A stretch of DNA of 64,000 bases from Myxococcales bacterium. Its GTDB lineage: Bacteria; Myxococcota; Myxococcia; Myxococcales; 40CM-4-68-19. Both the position numbers and the translations under genes were made by a program. Shown here one piece after another: positions 37,578 to 45,973 of this stretch. Positions within the stretch are counted from its first letter, which is position 1. Every line of letters starts with the position of its first letter. The notes under the pieces are model-generated. The model worked only from the letters and a program-made list of their open reading frames with translations, had not been told where the DNA came from and ran no database searches. Location: the NCBI GenBank assembly GCA_036488495.1, contig DASXHM010000125.1, forward strand, positions 24,560 to 88,559. Direction: 5' to 3'.

Positions 37578-38708
37578 ATGGTCGGGCGCACCGTCGTGGC
37601 CGCATTCGTTTCAGCTATTATCCTGCAACCGGCCGCTGCGTTTGCGCAGTCTTGCCTTCCGTCCGGAAAGCCTAGCTGCGGCGCCTGCACGAGTCCTGTC
37701 TGCGTCGCTGATGGATGGGAGTGCGATCCTGTCGCGGACGGTACCGTTTGCAACGACGGAAATCCGTGCACGACGCGCGATTCGTGTCAATCTGGCACTT
37801 GCGTCGGCACTCCGGTCAGCTGCCAGCTTCCGGGGAACGACCCGACCGGCCAATGCAACACGATGGCTTGCAACAGGTCGACGGGCGCGTGCGTCGCAAC
37901 GCCCAAGACCGGGCTCGCCTGCAACGACAGCAACACGGGCACCTACAACGACGCCTGCCAAGTCGCGGCGAACTCGCCGGTCGGCACGCCGGCAACATGC
38001 TCCGGGACGGCATTTACGTGCCCGCAGACCACGACGTGTGTGACATACACACCGAATGCCGCGACGGGAGCGACGGCACCGTCCTGCGCCGTCAGCTATG
38101 CCGCCTCAACCGTCCGCTGCAGCGACAACGACGTGTGCACCGGCACTTCCTCCTCGCCCGACCACTGCGACGGGGGGGGCAGCTGCGTTTCGGGCGCCAC
38201 GGTCTGCGCGGCTCTCGACGCCTGCCACGTCGTCGGCGCGTGCTCGGCGGACGCGAACGGCAATCCTTCCTGCACCAACCCTGCCGCCCCGAATGGCACA
38301 CCGTGCCAGCAGCCCAACGGCGGCGGCGCCACGTGCGCGAACGGCGTCTGCACCCCGCCCACTCAATGCAACAGTGGCTTCAGCTTGTGCAACGGAGCCT
38401 GCATCGCATCAAGCCAATGCTGCACCGATGCAGACTGCCGGCTGGCAAGCGGGGAAGGCCAGCAAACCTGCGTTACGACCGCGAACGGCCATACATGCAG
38501 CGGGGCGCCCACCTGCGCCGCTGGCTACCGGGTGTGCGGATCGAGTTGCATTGCGGCGGATGCGTGCTGCACGAGCGCCGACTGCCCGAGCGGCCTGACC
38601 TGCTCGAGCTTCGCGTGTACCGCGTCGTGTCCTTCGTCGCAGATTCTCTGCGGCACCGGCTGCATTCCTGTGGGCACCGGCATTTGCTGCCCTGCCGACA
38701 ACATCTGA
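37578..38708 (+). CDS. Secreted cysteine-rich repeat protein
   Basis: ATG at 37578 follows a T5G9 tract. Signal peptide MVGRTVVAAFVSAIILQPAAAFAQ. Dozens of Cys sit in units such as DGTVCNDGNPCTTRDSCQSGTCVG and GLACNDSNTGTYNDACQ, then CxxGxxxCxxxCI-type modules. Resembles cysteine-rich repeats common in myxobacterial secreted proteins (from memory). Confidence 0.7.
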   Translation: MVGRTVVAAFVSAIILQPAAAFAQSCLPSGKPSCGACTSPVCVADGWECDPVADGTVCNDGNPCTTRDSCQSGTCVGTPVSCQLPGNDPTGQCNTMACNRSTGACVATPKTGLACNDSNTGTYNDACQVAANSPVGTPATCSGTAFTCPQTTTCVTYTPNAATGATAPSCAVSYAASTVRCSDNDVCTGTSSSPDHCDGGGSCVSGATVCAALDACHVVGACSADANGNPSCTNPAAPNGTPCQQPNGGGATCANGVCTPPTQCNSGFSLCNGACIASSQCCTDADCRLASGEGQQTCVTTANGHTCSGAPTCAAGYRVCGSSCIAADACCTSADCPSGLTCSSFACTASCPSSQILCGTGCIPVGTGICCPADNI

Positions 38709-38721
38709 GCCGGAACCTCCA

Positions 38722-41700
38722 ATGATCAAGAACCGCGCGTTGCCGTTTGTCGCCGCTCTCGCCCTGGGCGGCTCCTTCTCCGCCGTAGCGCAAACCGTCG
38801 CCGCGGACGGGTCGCTCGGCGTCTCGTACGCTTTTTCGCTGCCTGCCGCCCGTGGCCGCTACCAGCCGTGGCTTGCGCTCACCTATGACAGCAATGCGGG
38901 GACGACAAACTACGGCGTCGGGTGGACGTTGACGTCGAACTACGTTGAAGCAGTCACTCGCGCGACGCACAACACCGACTCGACGCAGCGTGCACGGTAT
39001 TTCCTGTCGTCGGCGGGCGGCAAAAGGCTTCTCGTCGCCGCCGGCGATAACAGCTACCGCGCTGATGTGTCGTCGAGCTACTTCTCCGTCACACCGTCCG
39101 TGACGCCTTCGGCATCGGCGACGCCGACTACATGGACAGCCGTCGACGGAGTCGGCAACAAGTACACGTACGGCTGCGTCCCGAGCACCGCGGCAACGTG
39201 CTCGCGTTGGTACCTGAAGTTCGTGCAGGATGTCGATAACAACACAACGTCGTTTGATTATGGAAGCACAGCAAGCGACGCGCCGGAAACGAGTACTTGC
39301 TCGGGAAACGCGACAGCGCCGACAGCTCTGCTCCTCCGCATTAGCTACAACTTTGCGATCGACGCGACGACGCCCGTGTCGACCGTCGAGCTCGCGTACG
39401 AGGTGTCGCCCGAGCCGTCTGTGCAAGCCATAAGCGGCTGTATGGTGACGCACGACCACCGGCTGTCTTCCGTCACTGTGAACCGTTCCGTATCTGCAGG
39501 ATCGCCGCCGCCCGTAGTAAGCCTTGGGTCATGGACCCTTGGCTACGTACATAACGGAAGCACCGATACGCACCGCGACCTGCTGGACCACATTCAGCGC
39601 AACGATCGCGCTGGCGCGCCATTGGGATTGGCGACCTCATTCGTATATGAAACGGACTTCGATCCGGTGAAGGTGCCACCTCTTGCCGCGGCAGCGGACT
39701 TCACGTTTGCGGGAGGCGACGCGTTTGGGCACCTCCCTAGCACGCAGTGCTGGTCGTGGGGATTGGGAGACGGGACTACTTGCGACGTCTCGCAGGCAGC
39801 CGTTTTCATGGACATGGACGGCGACGGTCTGCCCGACATCGTCTACGGCGGCAGCGACAGCATGGCTGGCGTAACGGCGCTTTATTGGGCGCGCAATCTC
39901 GGCAGCGCGAGCGGTCACCCCACGTTCGCAGCGATGACGCAGATTCCTGGCGCCGACGGCAAGAGCAGGACGAGTGTTCCCGATCCGCGTGCTGCGCCCT
40001 GGCCGGGCTTCATCTCTACGCTCAACAGCGATGGCACGACACCTACCGGGGAGGAAGCACATGGGTATTACAGTGGGCACACGCTAAAGGGCAATAACGG
40101 CGGCCCCTGGGTTGCCATGGGACCGAACAACTTCACCGGGACGTGCCCGGCCAACGGTAAGTTCGCGAATGGTACCCCCTGCCCGCCGCCGCCCATCGGC
40201 AACGGCGCTCTCGGCATGGTGGCAGATTTCAACGGCGACGGTGCGCCTGATCTCATCTCAAGCGGCTGTGGCGGAAGCGCGCGAGCATTGTCGGTGTGGT
40301 TTGCACAGATTGATCCGACCACGGGAGCACTATCGTATGCGGATGCGCCCTCGTGCGTGGATGCGACAGCGGCGTTCAACCAGATGCAGACGATGTACCA
40401 AGTGCAGCAGCTTCCGGTCAGCTACACGATGCCGGGGCCGCGTCTGTTCACCGGCAGCGGGACGACAACCAACACTTGGATTCAACTCGCTGACTTCGAC
40501 GGTGACGGCGTGCTCGATTTTATCATCGCGGATAGCAACTCCGCGACGTGGTTCGTTTATCCCGGCTATTCGCCGGGGAAAGACACGAGCGGACACACGC
40601 TTTGGGCCTTCGCCGCGACTCCGCTGCCGAACGTCGCCGCCGGTTACGCCTGGCCGCAAAATGCTGCGATGAGCCCAAACATCTACCCAATCCGCTCCGT
40701 CATGGGCCCTATGGCCGCTGCCGTGTACGACGACCCGAGTCATCCGCCTTACGATCCATCGCAACTGCTCGGTGGAAAGACGATCATCGATTTTGTCGAC
40801 GTCAACGGCGACGGTCTGCCCGATAGAGTGGTCGCATTTCAATGGTCCGACGGCAGCGCTCTCCACAATTCCTGGTTCGTCGACTACAACACGGGTACCG
40901 GCTTCGTCGAAACGCAAGGCCCGTCGAACGTCCGAGGCTTATTTCAAAAGGATCTTCCGTACCAGGACGCGTGGGTCACTACGCACGATTCGGCGCTGTT
41001 CGACCTGAATCGCGACGGGCGTCCGGATCTGATCATCCGGTCGGGTCCGAATAGCGTTACGTCCGCGGGCAACACCGCCTGCACGGGTCCCGGCGATTCC
41101 ATGAAGGTCTGGTACGGTTCGCCTACAGGGTTGAACGGCAACAGCGGTTTTGTCGAAGGGCCGTGCCTCGACAATCCGACCGGGGTGCCGAGCTGGCGAC
41201 CGTTCGATAACTACACGGACCTCGACGATCTCTCGACATCAAAGATGTACAACGAAGGCTTTGCGGATCTCGACGGCGATGGTGTTCTCGATTTCTACCG
41301 CGCACCCGGTCCGTCGGAGGGGATGCCGATCAACCATTGGTACTTCTATCGAGGGACGCATCAAAAGAGACGCTCCGACCTGCTTGTCTCCATGACGAGT
41401 TCGTCTGGGTCGACGCAGACGTACCATTGGGCGCCGTCAACGGCATACAGCGCCGGAATTTCGGGTTCGCCCATGGTTGGAGACGTGGTCGCGGCGATCG
41501 ATAGCTCCGGCCCTGCGATGTCGCCCCTGACGGTGACGTATTCCTACGCGGGCCTGAAGGCGGTGAAGGTCTGGGACGATCCAACCCAATCGCAAAATGA
41601 ATCGCTTGGCTTCACGGTGGGCTACGCGACGCCCAGCGTTGGCGGCCTCGTCTCACAGACGACCTATGGATCGACGCACGATACGCAAGGCCTCGTCGTT

Positions 41701-42891
41701 AGTGCGGCGAAAGGGACCGCCACGCCTCCATGGACGAACGGCGCCGGCGTCATCGAATCCTCGGCCGCTACATGGAGCTCGAGCAGCATCGGCAGCAACG
41801 TCATCGCGGGCACGACGTATCTGTATCCCACGTATGTGTACCCTTCCGCGCAGACGCGGAGCCGGACGGAGATGGGGGCGGCCCCCGTGTCGGTGCAGAC
41901 AGCGCAGCCGCCTGACGCTTACGGCAACATCCTAACCATGACCACCACGCCGGATGCGTTGCCGAGCGCGTCGACGGCCCCGTCGCTGACGATCAAACGC
42001 GCTTTCGCGACCGGTCCTAAGTCGGCGTGTCCCTCGTGCGTCATCGACGAGGCGATCACCGCCTCGAACGGGACTGAGCTTGGCCACAGCTATTACCATT
42101 ACGACTTAGCGGTCGGTGTCAATGTGAGCCCGAGCTCCGCCACAGCGGACTCAGTTTCCACTGTCGTCGCAAAGGGCCATCTTTCGTACGTCCAGACAGC
42201 GTGCCAGTCATGCGCCAATCCATATGAGGTCGCGTCCGCGACGTACTATTCGACGAGCGGAAACGTCCTGCGCAGTGTGAGATCGTACTCAGGCCAGGCG
42301 ATCGCGTCCGTGACGGAGGAAATCACTTACGATCCCTTCGACGACCTGTCGATCATTTCGCGCGTGGCAAAAGATGCGCCGCCGCCGCCCACGGGGACCG
42401 CGCCGCCTCAGCCGCCGTACACCTCGCTAACGACGACTTTCACGTATACGAGCTATGGCGACGTCGCGAGCGTCGTCGGGCCCGTCCTCGGGGGCACGGC
42501 GCCGACTAGCACGCCGCTGCACGCGATGGCGCTGCATCGTTCGTACGACCCTGCGGGAAGGGTGGTGGCAGAGTCGGACCAACCTCTCGGGACGACCATC
42601 ACACATGCGCTTCGCGCGTTCGAGTACGTCCTTCCCACGGTCACCACGCCTGGTGCGGTGAAGAGCTACGTCTTCGCATCGGATCCGCCATCATTCACCG
42701 CCGGAGGGCCGGTTTCGCCGTCGAACGATTCGACGCAGGTCATCACCTATTTCGACGCGCTCGGCCGCGCAGTGCAGGAACGAGTTAGGCTCGGGTCCGG
42801 CGCCGCCCCGAAATCGACCGGTGGGAATGTTATCACAAGTCGCTCCCCACCCAATATTCCGTCCGCAGCAACGTGCTCCTTGACGGGCTAG
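38722..42891 (+). CDS. SpvB/TcB-like protein: signal peptide, SpvB N-domain, FG-GAP/VCBS-type propeller repeats, C-terminal YD/RHS repeats
   Basis: MIKNRALPFVAALALGGSFSAVAQ signal. GSLGVSYAFSLPAARGRYQPWLALTYDSNAGTTNYGVGWTL (SpvB-like). Six DxDGDGxxD-type loops (DMDGDGLPDIV, DFNGDGAPDLI, DFDGDGVLDFI, DVNGDGLPDRV, DLNRDGRPDLI, DLDGDGVLDFY). Late YD repeats (YDPAGRVVAESD, YFDALGRAVQERV). Confidence 0.8.
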   Translation: MIKNRALPFVAALALGGSFSAVAQTVAADGSLGVSYAFSLPAARGRYQPWLALTYDSNAGTTNYGVGWTLTSNYVEAVTRATHNTDSTQRARYFLSSAGGKRLLVAAGDNSYRADVSSSYFSVTPSVTPSASATPTTWTAVDGVGNKYTYGCVPSTAATCSRWYLKFVQDVDNNTTSFDYGSTASDAPETSTCSGNATAPTALLLRISYNFAIDATTPVSTVELAYEVSPEPSVQAISGCMVTHDHRLSSVTVNRSVSAGSPPPVVSLGSWTLGYVHNGSTDTHRDLLDHIQRNDRAGAPLGLATSFVYETDFDPVKVPPLAAAADFTFAGGDAFGHLPSTQCWSWGLGDGTTCDVSQAAVFMDMDGDGLPDIVYGGSDSMAGVTALYWARNLGSASGHPTFAAMTQIPGADGKSRTSVPDPRAAPWPGFISTLNSDGTTPTGEEAHGYYSGHTLKGNNGGPWVAMGPNNFTGTCPANGKFANGTPCPPPPIGNGALGMVADFNGDGAPDLISSGCGGSARALSVWFAQIDPTTGALSYADAPSCVDATAAFNQMQTMYQVQQLPVSYTMPGPRLFTGSGTTTNTWIQLADFDGDGVLDFIIADSNSATWFVYPGYSPGKDTSGHTLWAFAATPLPNVAAGYAWPQNAAMSPNIYPIRSVMGPMAAAVYDDPSHPPYDPSQLLGGKTIIDFVDVNGDGLPDRVVAFQWSDGSALHNSWFVDYNTGTGFVETQGPSNVRGLFQKDLPYQDAWVTTHDSALFDLNRDGRPDLIIRSGPNSVTSAGNTACTGPGDSMKVWYGSPTGLNGNSGFVEGPCLDNPTGVPSWRPFDNYTDLDDLSTSKMYNEGFADLDGDGVLDFYRAPGPSEGMPINHWYFYRGTHQKRRSDLLVSMTSSSGSTQTYHWAPSTAYSAGISGSPMVGDVVAAIDSSGPAMSPLTVTYSYAGLKAVKVWDDPTQSQNESLGFTVGYATPSVGGLVSQTTYGSTHDTQGLVVSAAKGTATPPWTNGAGVIESSAATWSSSSIGSNVIAGTTYLYPTYVYPSAQTRSRTEMGAAPVSVQTAQPPDAYGNILTMTTTPDALPSASTAPSLTIKRAFATGPKSACPSCVIDEAITASNGTELGHSYYHYDLAVGVNVSPSSATADSVSTVVAKGHLSYVQTACQSCANPYEVASATYYSTSGNVLRSVRSYSGQAIASVTEEITYDPFDDLSIISRVAKDAPPPPTGTAPPQPPYTSLTTTFTYTSYGDVASVVGPVLGGTAPTSTPLHAMALHRSYDPAGRVVAESDQPLGTTITHALRAFEYVLPTVTTPGAVKSYVFASDPPSFTAGGPVSPSNDSTQVITYFDALGRAVQERVRLGSGAAPKSTGGNVITSRSPPNIPSAATCSLTG

Positions 42892-45800
42892 GCCGGGCGG
42901 TAGTCTCATTTGAACCGTACTTTTCGCCAACGGGCGCGTACGTCGATCCGAGAAACTCGTCGGAGCTGACGACGGCAAGACTGCACGCAACCGTCGCGGC
43001 CTACGATGTCGAGTCAAGGCCGACGTGCACCGTGTACGAGCCCGTGGCGGGAACGATCCCCATTGTCCCATCAGGTTGCAGCTCGAGCTTTGCCGAAGGC
43101 CCAACCTACTCGCGCGCCACACGCATGACGTACGGCGTGGACTCCAGTTTTGACGGGCGTCCGTACATGACCGTCGATATGGTGCAGAGCTGGGCCAACC
43201 CTGGCTCTCCTGCCAGCCGCGTCTATCTGGACGCTGCGGGTCACGCGCGCTACGCGCGCACACCAGCGGGGACGTACGAAGCGAGCCAATACGATGCGCT
43301 CGGCAGGCGCACGCAGGTACTGCGGACTTCAGGTCCGCCTGGATCGTCGTCGCCGGTGAAAAACGCCTGGACGTATGACGAGCGTGCGAGGTTGGCGAGC
43401 GAGTTCAACGACGCAGGCAACTATCGAGGATATTCATACCTTCCGACGGGCGAAATAGCGCAGGTCATCCAGAGCACGAATTCGCAGCCGACGATCGCAG
43501 ATACGCTTGCGGTGTGGAGCGTGTTCAGCATCGGGAGCCTGGGCCGGATCGTCGAGCGCGACGACTACCGGCATGAAACGGCCTCTGACTGCAACGCATC
43601 CGCTCTGCAGGAAGACCAGACCACTTACCAATACGATGTTCCCTATAAAAACCAGACAGGCCGGTACGACTACACAGCGGGACATCTGACCGCGGCAATG
43701 ACGGGAACTCCCGATGCGCCGCGAACAACGGTGGCCGTCGGATACGACAGCCACGGCAGCGCCGTGTTGCGCGACGAATGGTTCGGTGCGTCGCAATCCG
43801 CGCACAGCGTGGCCGAGACTCGCGGTCTAGACGGAAGGCTGCTCGCGCGAGTAATGACGAGTCCATTTCTGAATGAGTACAATGCCGCGGGGCAGTTCGG
43901 CTACAGCGTCGGTTATGATTCGGCGGGCAATCCGATCCAGGTGAATACCGCGAGCCTCGACGGCAACGGGAATGCGCTGCCCTTCGATGGCAGCGGCGAT
44001 ATCTATTGGCTCGCAGGAACGAACGGCGCGGATCCAGCGACGGGCGCCTACGATGCGCTGGGCCGGCTGACGGCGGAAAGGTGGGACGGCGGCGTTGTGC
44101 AGAAGTCGCGCTCATTCCTATCGGGCTCGAACCTGCCGTCGAGCTACTCTACGACGCTGTCCGGCGGCGCCAATGTGTACACTGTGTCCGGTATGACGTG
44201 GCAAGGCAGCCTGCTGAAGACATACTCACTCTCGAGCAATTGGGAGGGCGGCGGCGCGTCGTACTCTGCCGCCTACGATATCGACGCGCACCTACAGCAG
44301 TGGAGCGCCGCGCCGCAGGGCCAGACAGGCGCGGCGCAACAGAAGTTCGCTGAAGCGTACGGCTTCAACCTGGAAAACCTGAAGACGGTGAACGTAACGA
44401 ACAGCCTCGGGTTCTCCGTCGGGTCGACCTACGACTACGCGGACGCGACGTCGCCCGAGCGGGTCACCTCAATCTCAGCGCTCGGCGCAACAACGACGGA
44501 CACCTTCGTATACGACCGTCGTGGCCGTGGGCTCGTCGTGCAGCACAAGCTGAACGCGTCGCAGGCCGTGCCCCAGGACTCCTACGAATACGATAGCCAA
44601 AGCCGGCTCATCTCGATCGCGCGGCTTGGGAGCAAGCTGGAGAGCCTCGACTACGACGGCGCGGGCGATCTTGCCAGCCGCACGTTTCCAAGCGGCAGCG
44701 CGGAAGTGGCGCGCTACTACGTCGGCGACGACTTGACGCTCGTCGACCACGGCGGCACAGGCAACGTCGGGTACGCGCACATCCGCTTGGGGCGGCTCCG
44801 CATTCCGAGCGTCTACGCGAAGAGCGGCACGCTGCCCAACGTCATCTACTACCACCGTGACCGCCGCAATGACGTCGTGGCGACGACGACCAGCTCCGCA
44901 ACGGGTCGTGGCCTGATTGGCCTCAGCTACCGGTATCTCCCGTCCGGCGCGATCGACAAGATCGTCAACGCAGCCGGCAGCCCAGCGAGCGAGACGGATC
45001 CTGCAGCGTCCGAGCTCGGCTTCATCGGCGGCCTCAAGTTGAGCGGCGGACTCGTGCACTTGAAGGCGCGTGCGTATTCGCCAGCGTTGCGCCGTTTCCT
45101 CCAGGCCGACACGATAGACGCCCGTCGTTACACGTACGCGTTTGGAGATCCCCTGAACTTCACGGATCCGTCCGGTCGCGCCCCAGGCCAGAAGGTACCT
45201 TTACCTACGGTTACTTCGGGCGACCAGGGAGGGGGTTGCACCACGCCCGCTTGTCAAGGGCTGTCGAACCAGCCGGCCAGTACGGGCGGGATAGACTTGT
45301 CTGGCCTAGGAAGTGGTTTGGCCAACCTCGGCTCGGGCATCGCCGATTGGTTTAGGAACCAAGCAGCGCAGACAGGCGGCGTCAACCAGGATTCAACGGA
45401 CGCAACGTTGGCTGTGGCGGGTTTGCAAGCGTCCCTGATGTCGAATGTGACATCTGTGGCGAGCACCGCGTGGGCCTCTGCAAAGCAGGCAGGCTCGTGG
45501 ATGGCTCAACACCCCGTTGCGACGGGTATTGCCGTGGTAGGCATCGCAGCGGTCATCACTAAGGCTGCCGAGCTCGGCGCGACCCCACCGGCTCTTTCAG
45601 AAGTTGTATCAGAGTCGCAGGCCTACGAGGCTAAAATAGCCGGTATTCTGAACGAACACCTCGAGACAGCGCTTCAGAACTTTGAGCTCACGCCTGCGCA
45701 GGAGGCGGCCGCTGCTCGCAATCCCGCGCTCAATGCTATGTTTGAGGGGACGCAGATCGATGCCCTTGTCAAGGAATACGCACGCTTCGATCCGCGTCTC

Positions 45801-45956
45801 AGCGGCATACAGATAACTCCTGCCGGTGTATTCGGTCCTGATTTCTACGATGCCACAGCCGGAACCTGGTGGGATGTTACAACTGCTGGACAATGGGCCG
45901 ATCACGTGATGAGATACACCCCGTTCTTCGGGAGCGGATTCCCCGTTTTGCACTGA
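42873..45956 (+). CDS. RHS/YD-repeat protein (TcC-like) with an unassigned C-terminal payload domain
   Basis: Many YD repeats (YDALGRRTQV, YDALGRLTAE, YDSQSRLISI...). Core end ...AYSPALRRFLQADTIDARRYTYAFGDPLNFTDPSGR. GTG start overlaps the upstream stop by 19 nt. Confidence 0.85.
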   Translation: MLLDGLGRAVVSFEPYFSPTGAYVDPRNSSELTTARLHATVAAYDVESRPTCTVYEPVAGTIPIVPSGCSSSFAEGPTYSRATRMTYGVDSSFDGRPYMTVDMVQSWANPGSPASRVYLDAAGHARYARTPAGTYEASQYDALGRRTQVLRTSGPPGSSSPVKNAWTYDERARLASEFNDAGNYRGYSYLPTGEIAQVIQSTNSQPTIADTLAVWSVFSIGSLGRIVERDDYRHETASDCNASALQEDQTTYQYDVPYKNQTGRYDYTAGHLTAAMTGTPDAPRTTVAVGYDSHGSAVLRDEWFGASQSAHSVAETRGLDGRLLARVMTSPFLNEYNAAGQFGYSVGYDSAGNPIQVNTASLDGNGNALPFDGSGDIYWLAGTNGADPATGAYDALGRLTAERWDGGVVQKSRSFLSGSNLPSSYSTTLSGGANVYTVSGMTWQGSLLKTYSLSSNWEGGGASYSAAYDIDAHLQQWSAAPQGQTGAAQQKFAEAYGFNLENLKTVNVTNSLGFSVGSTYDYADATSPERVTSISALGATTTDTFVYDRRGRGLVVQHKLNASQAVPQDSYEYDSQSRLISIARLGSKLESLDYDGAGDLASRTFPSGSAEVARYYVGDDLTLVDHGGTGNVGYAHIRLGRLRIPSVYAKSGTLPNVIYYHRDRRNDVVATTTSSATGRGLIGLSYRYLPSGAIDKIVNAAGSPASETDPAASELGFIGGLKLSGGLVHLKARAYSPALRRFLQADTIDARRYTYAFGDPLNFTDPSGRAPGQKVPLPTVTSGDQGGGCTTPACQGLSNQPASTGGIDLSGLGSGLANLGSGIADWFRNQAAQTGGVNQDSTDATLAVAGLQASLMSNVTSVASTAWASAKQAGSWMAQHPVATGIAVVGIAAVITKAAELGATPPALSEVVSESQAYEAKIAGILNEHLETALQNFELTPAQEAAAARNPALNAMFEGTQIDALVKEYARFDPRLSGIQITPAGVFGPDFYDATAGTWWDVTTAGQWADHVMRYTPFFGSGFPVLH
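45179..45956 (+). other. C-terminal payload (toxin-tip) region of the RHS protein
   Basis: Everything after the DPSGR core terminus: a Gly-rich segment, one hydrophobic helix, and a terminal ~110-aa module ...GTQIDALVKEYARFDPRLSGIQITPAGVFGPDFYDATAGTWWDVTTAGQWADHVMRY.... Visibly lower GC than the core. Confidence 0.6.
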
Positions 45957-45973
45957 CAAAGAGGCTTGCCAGG

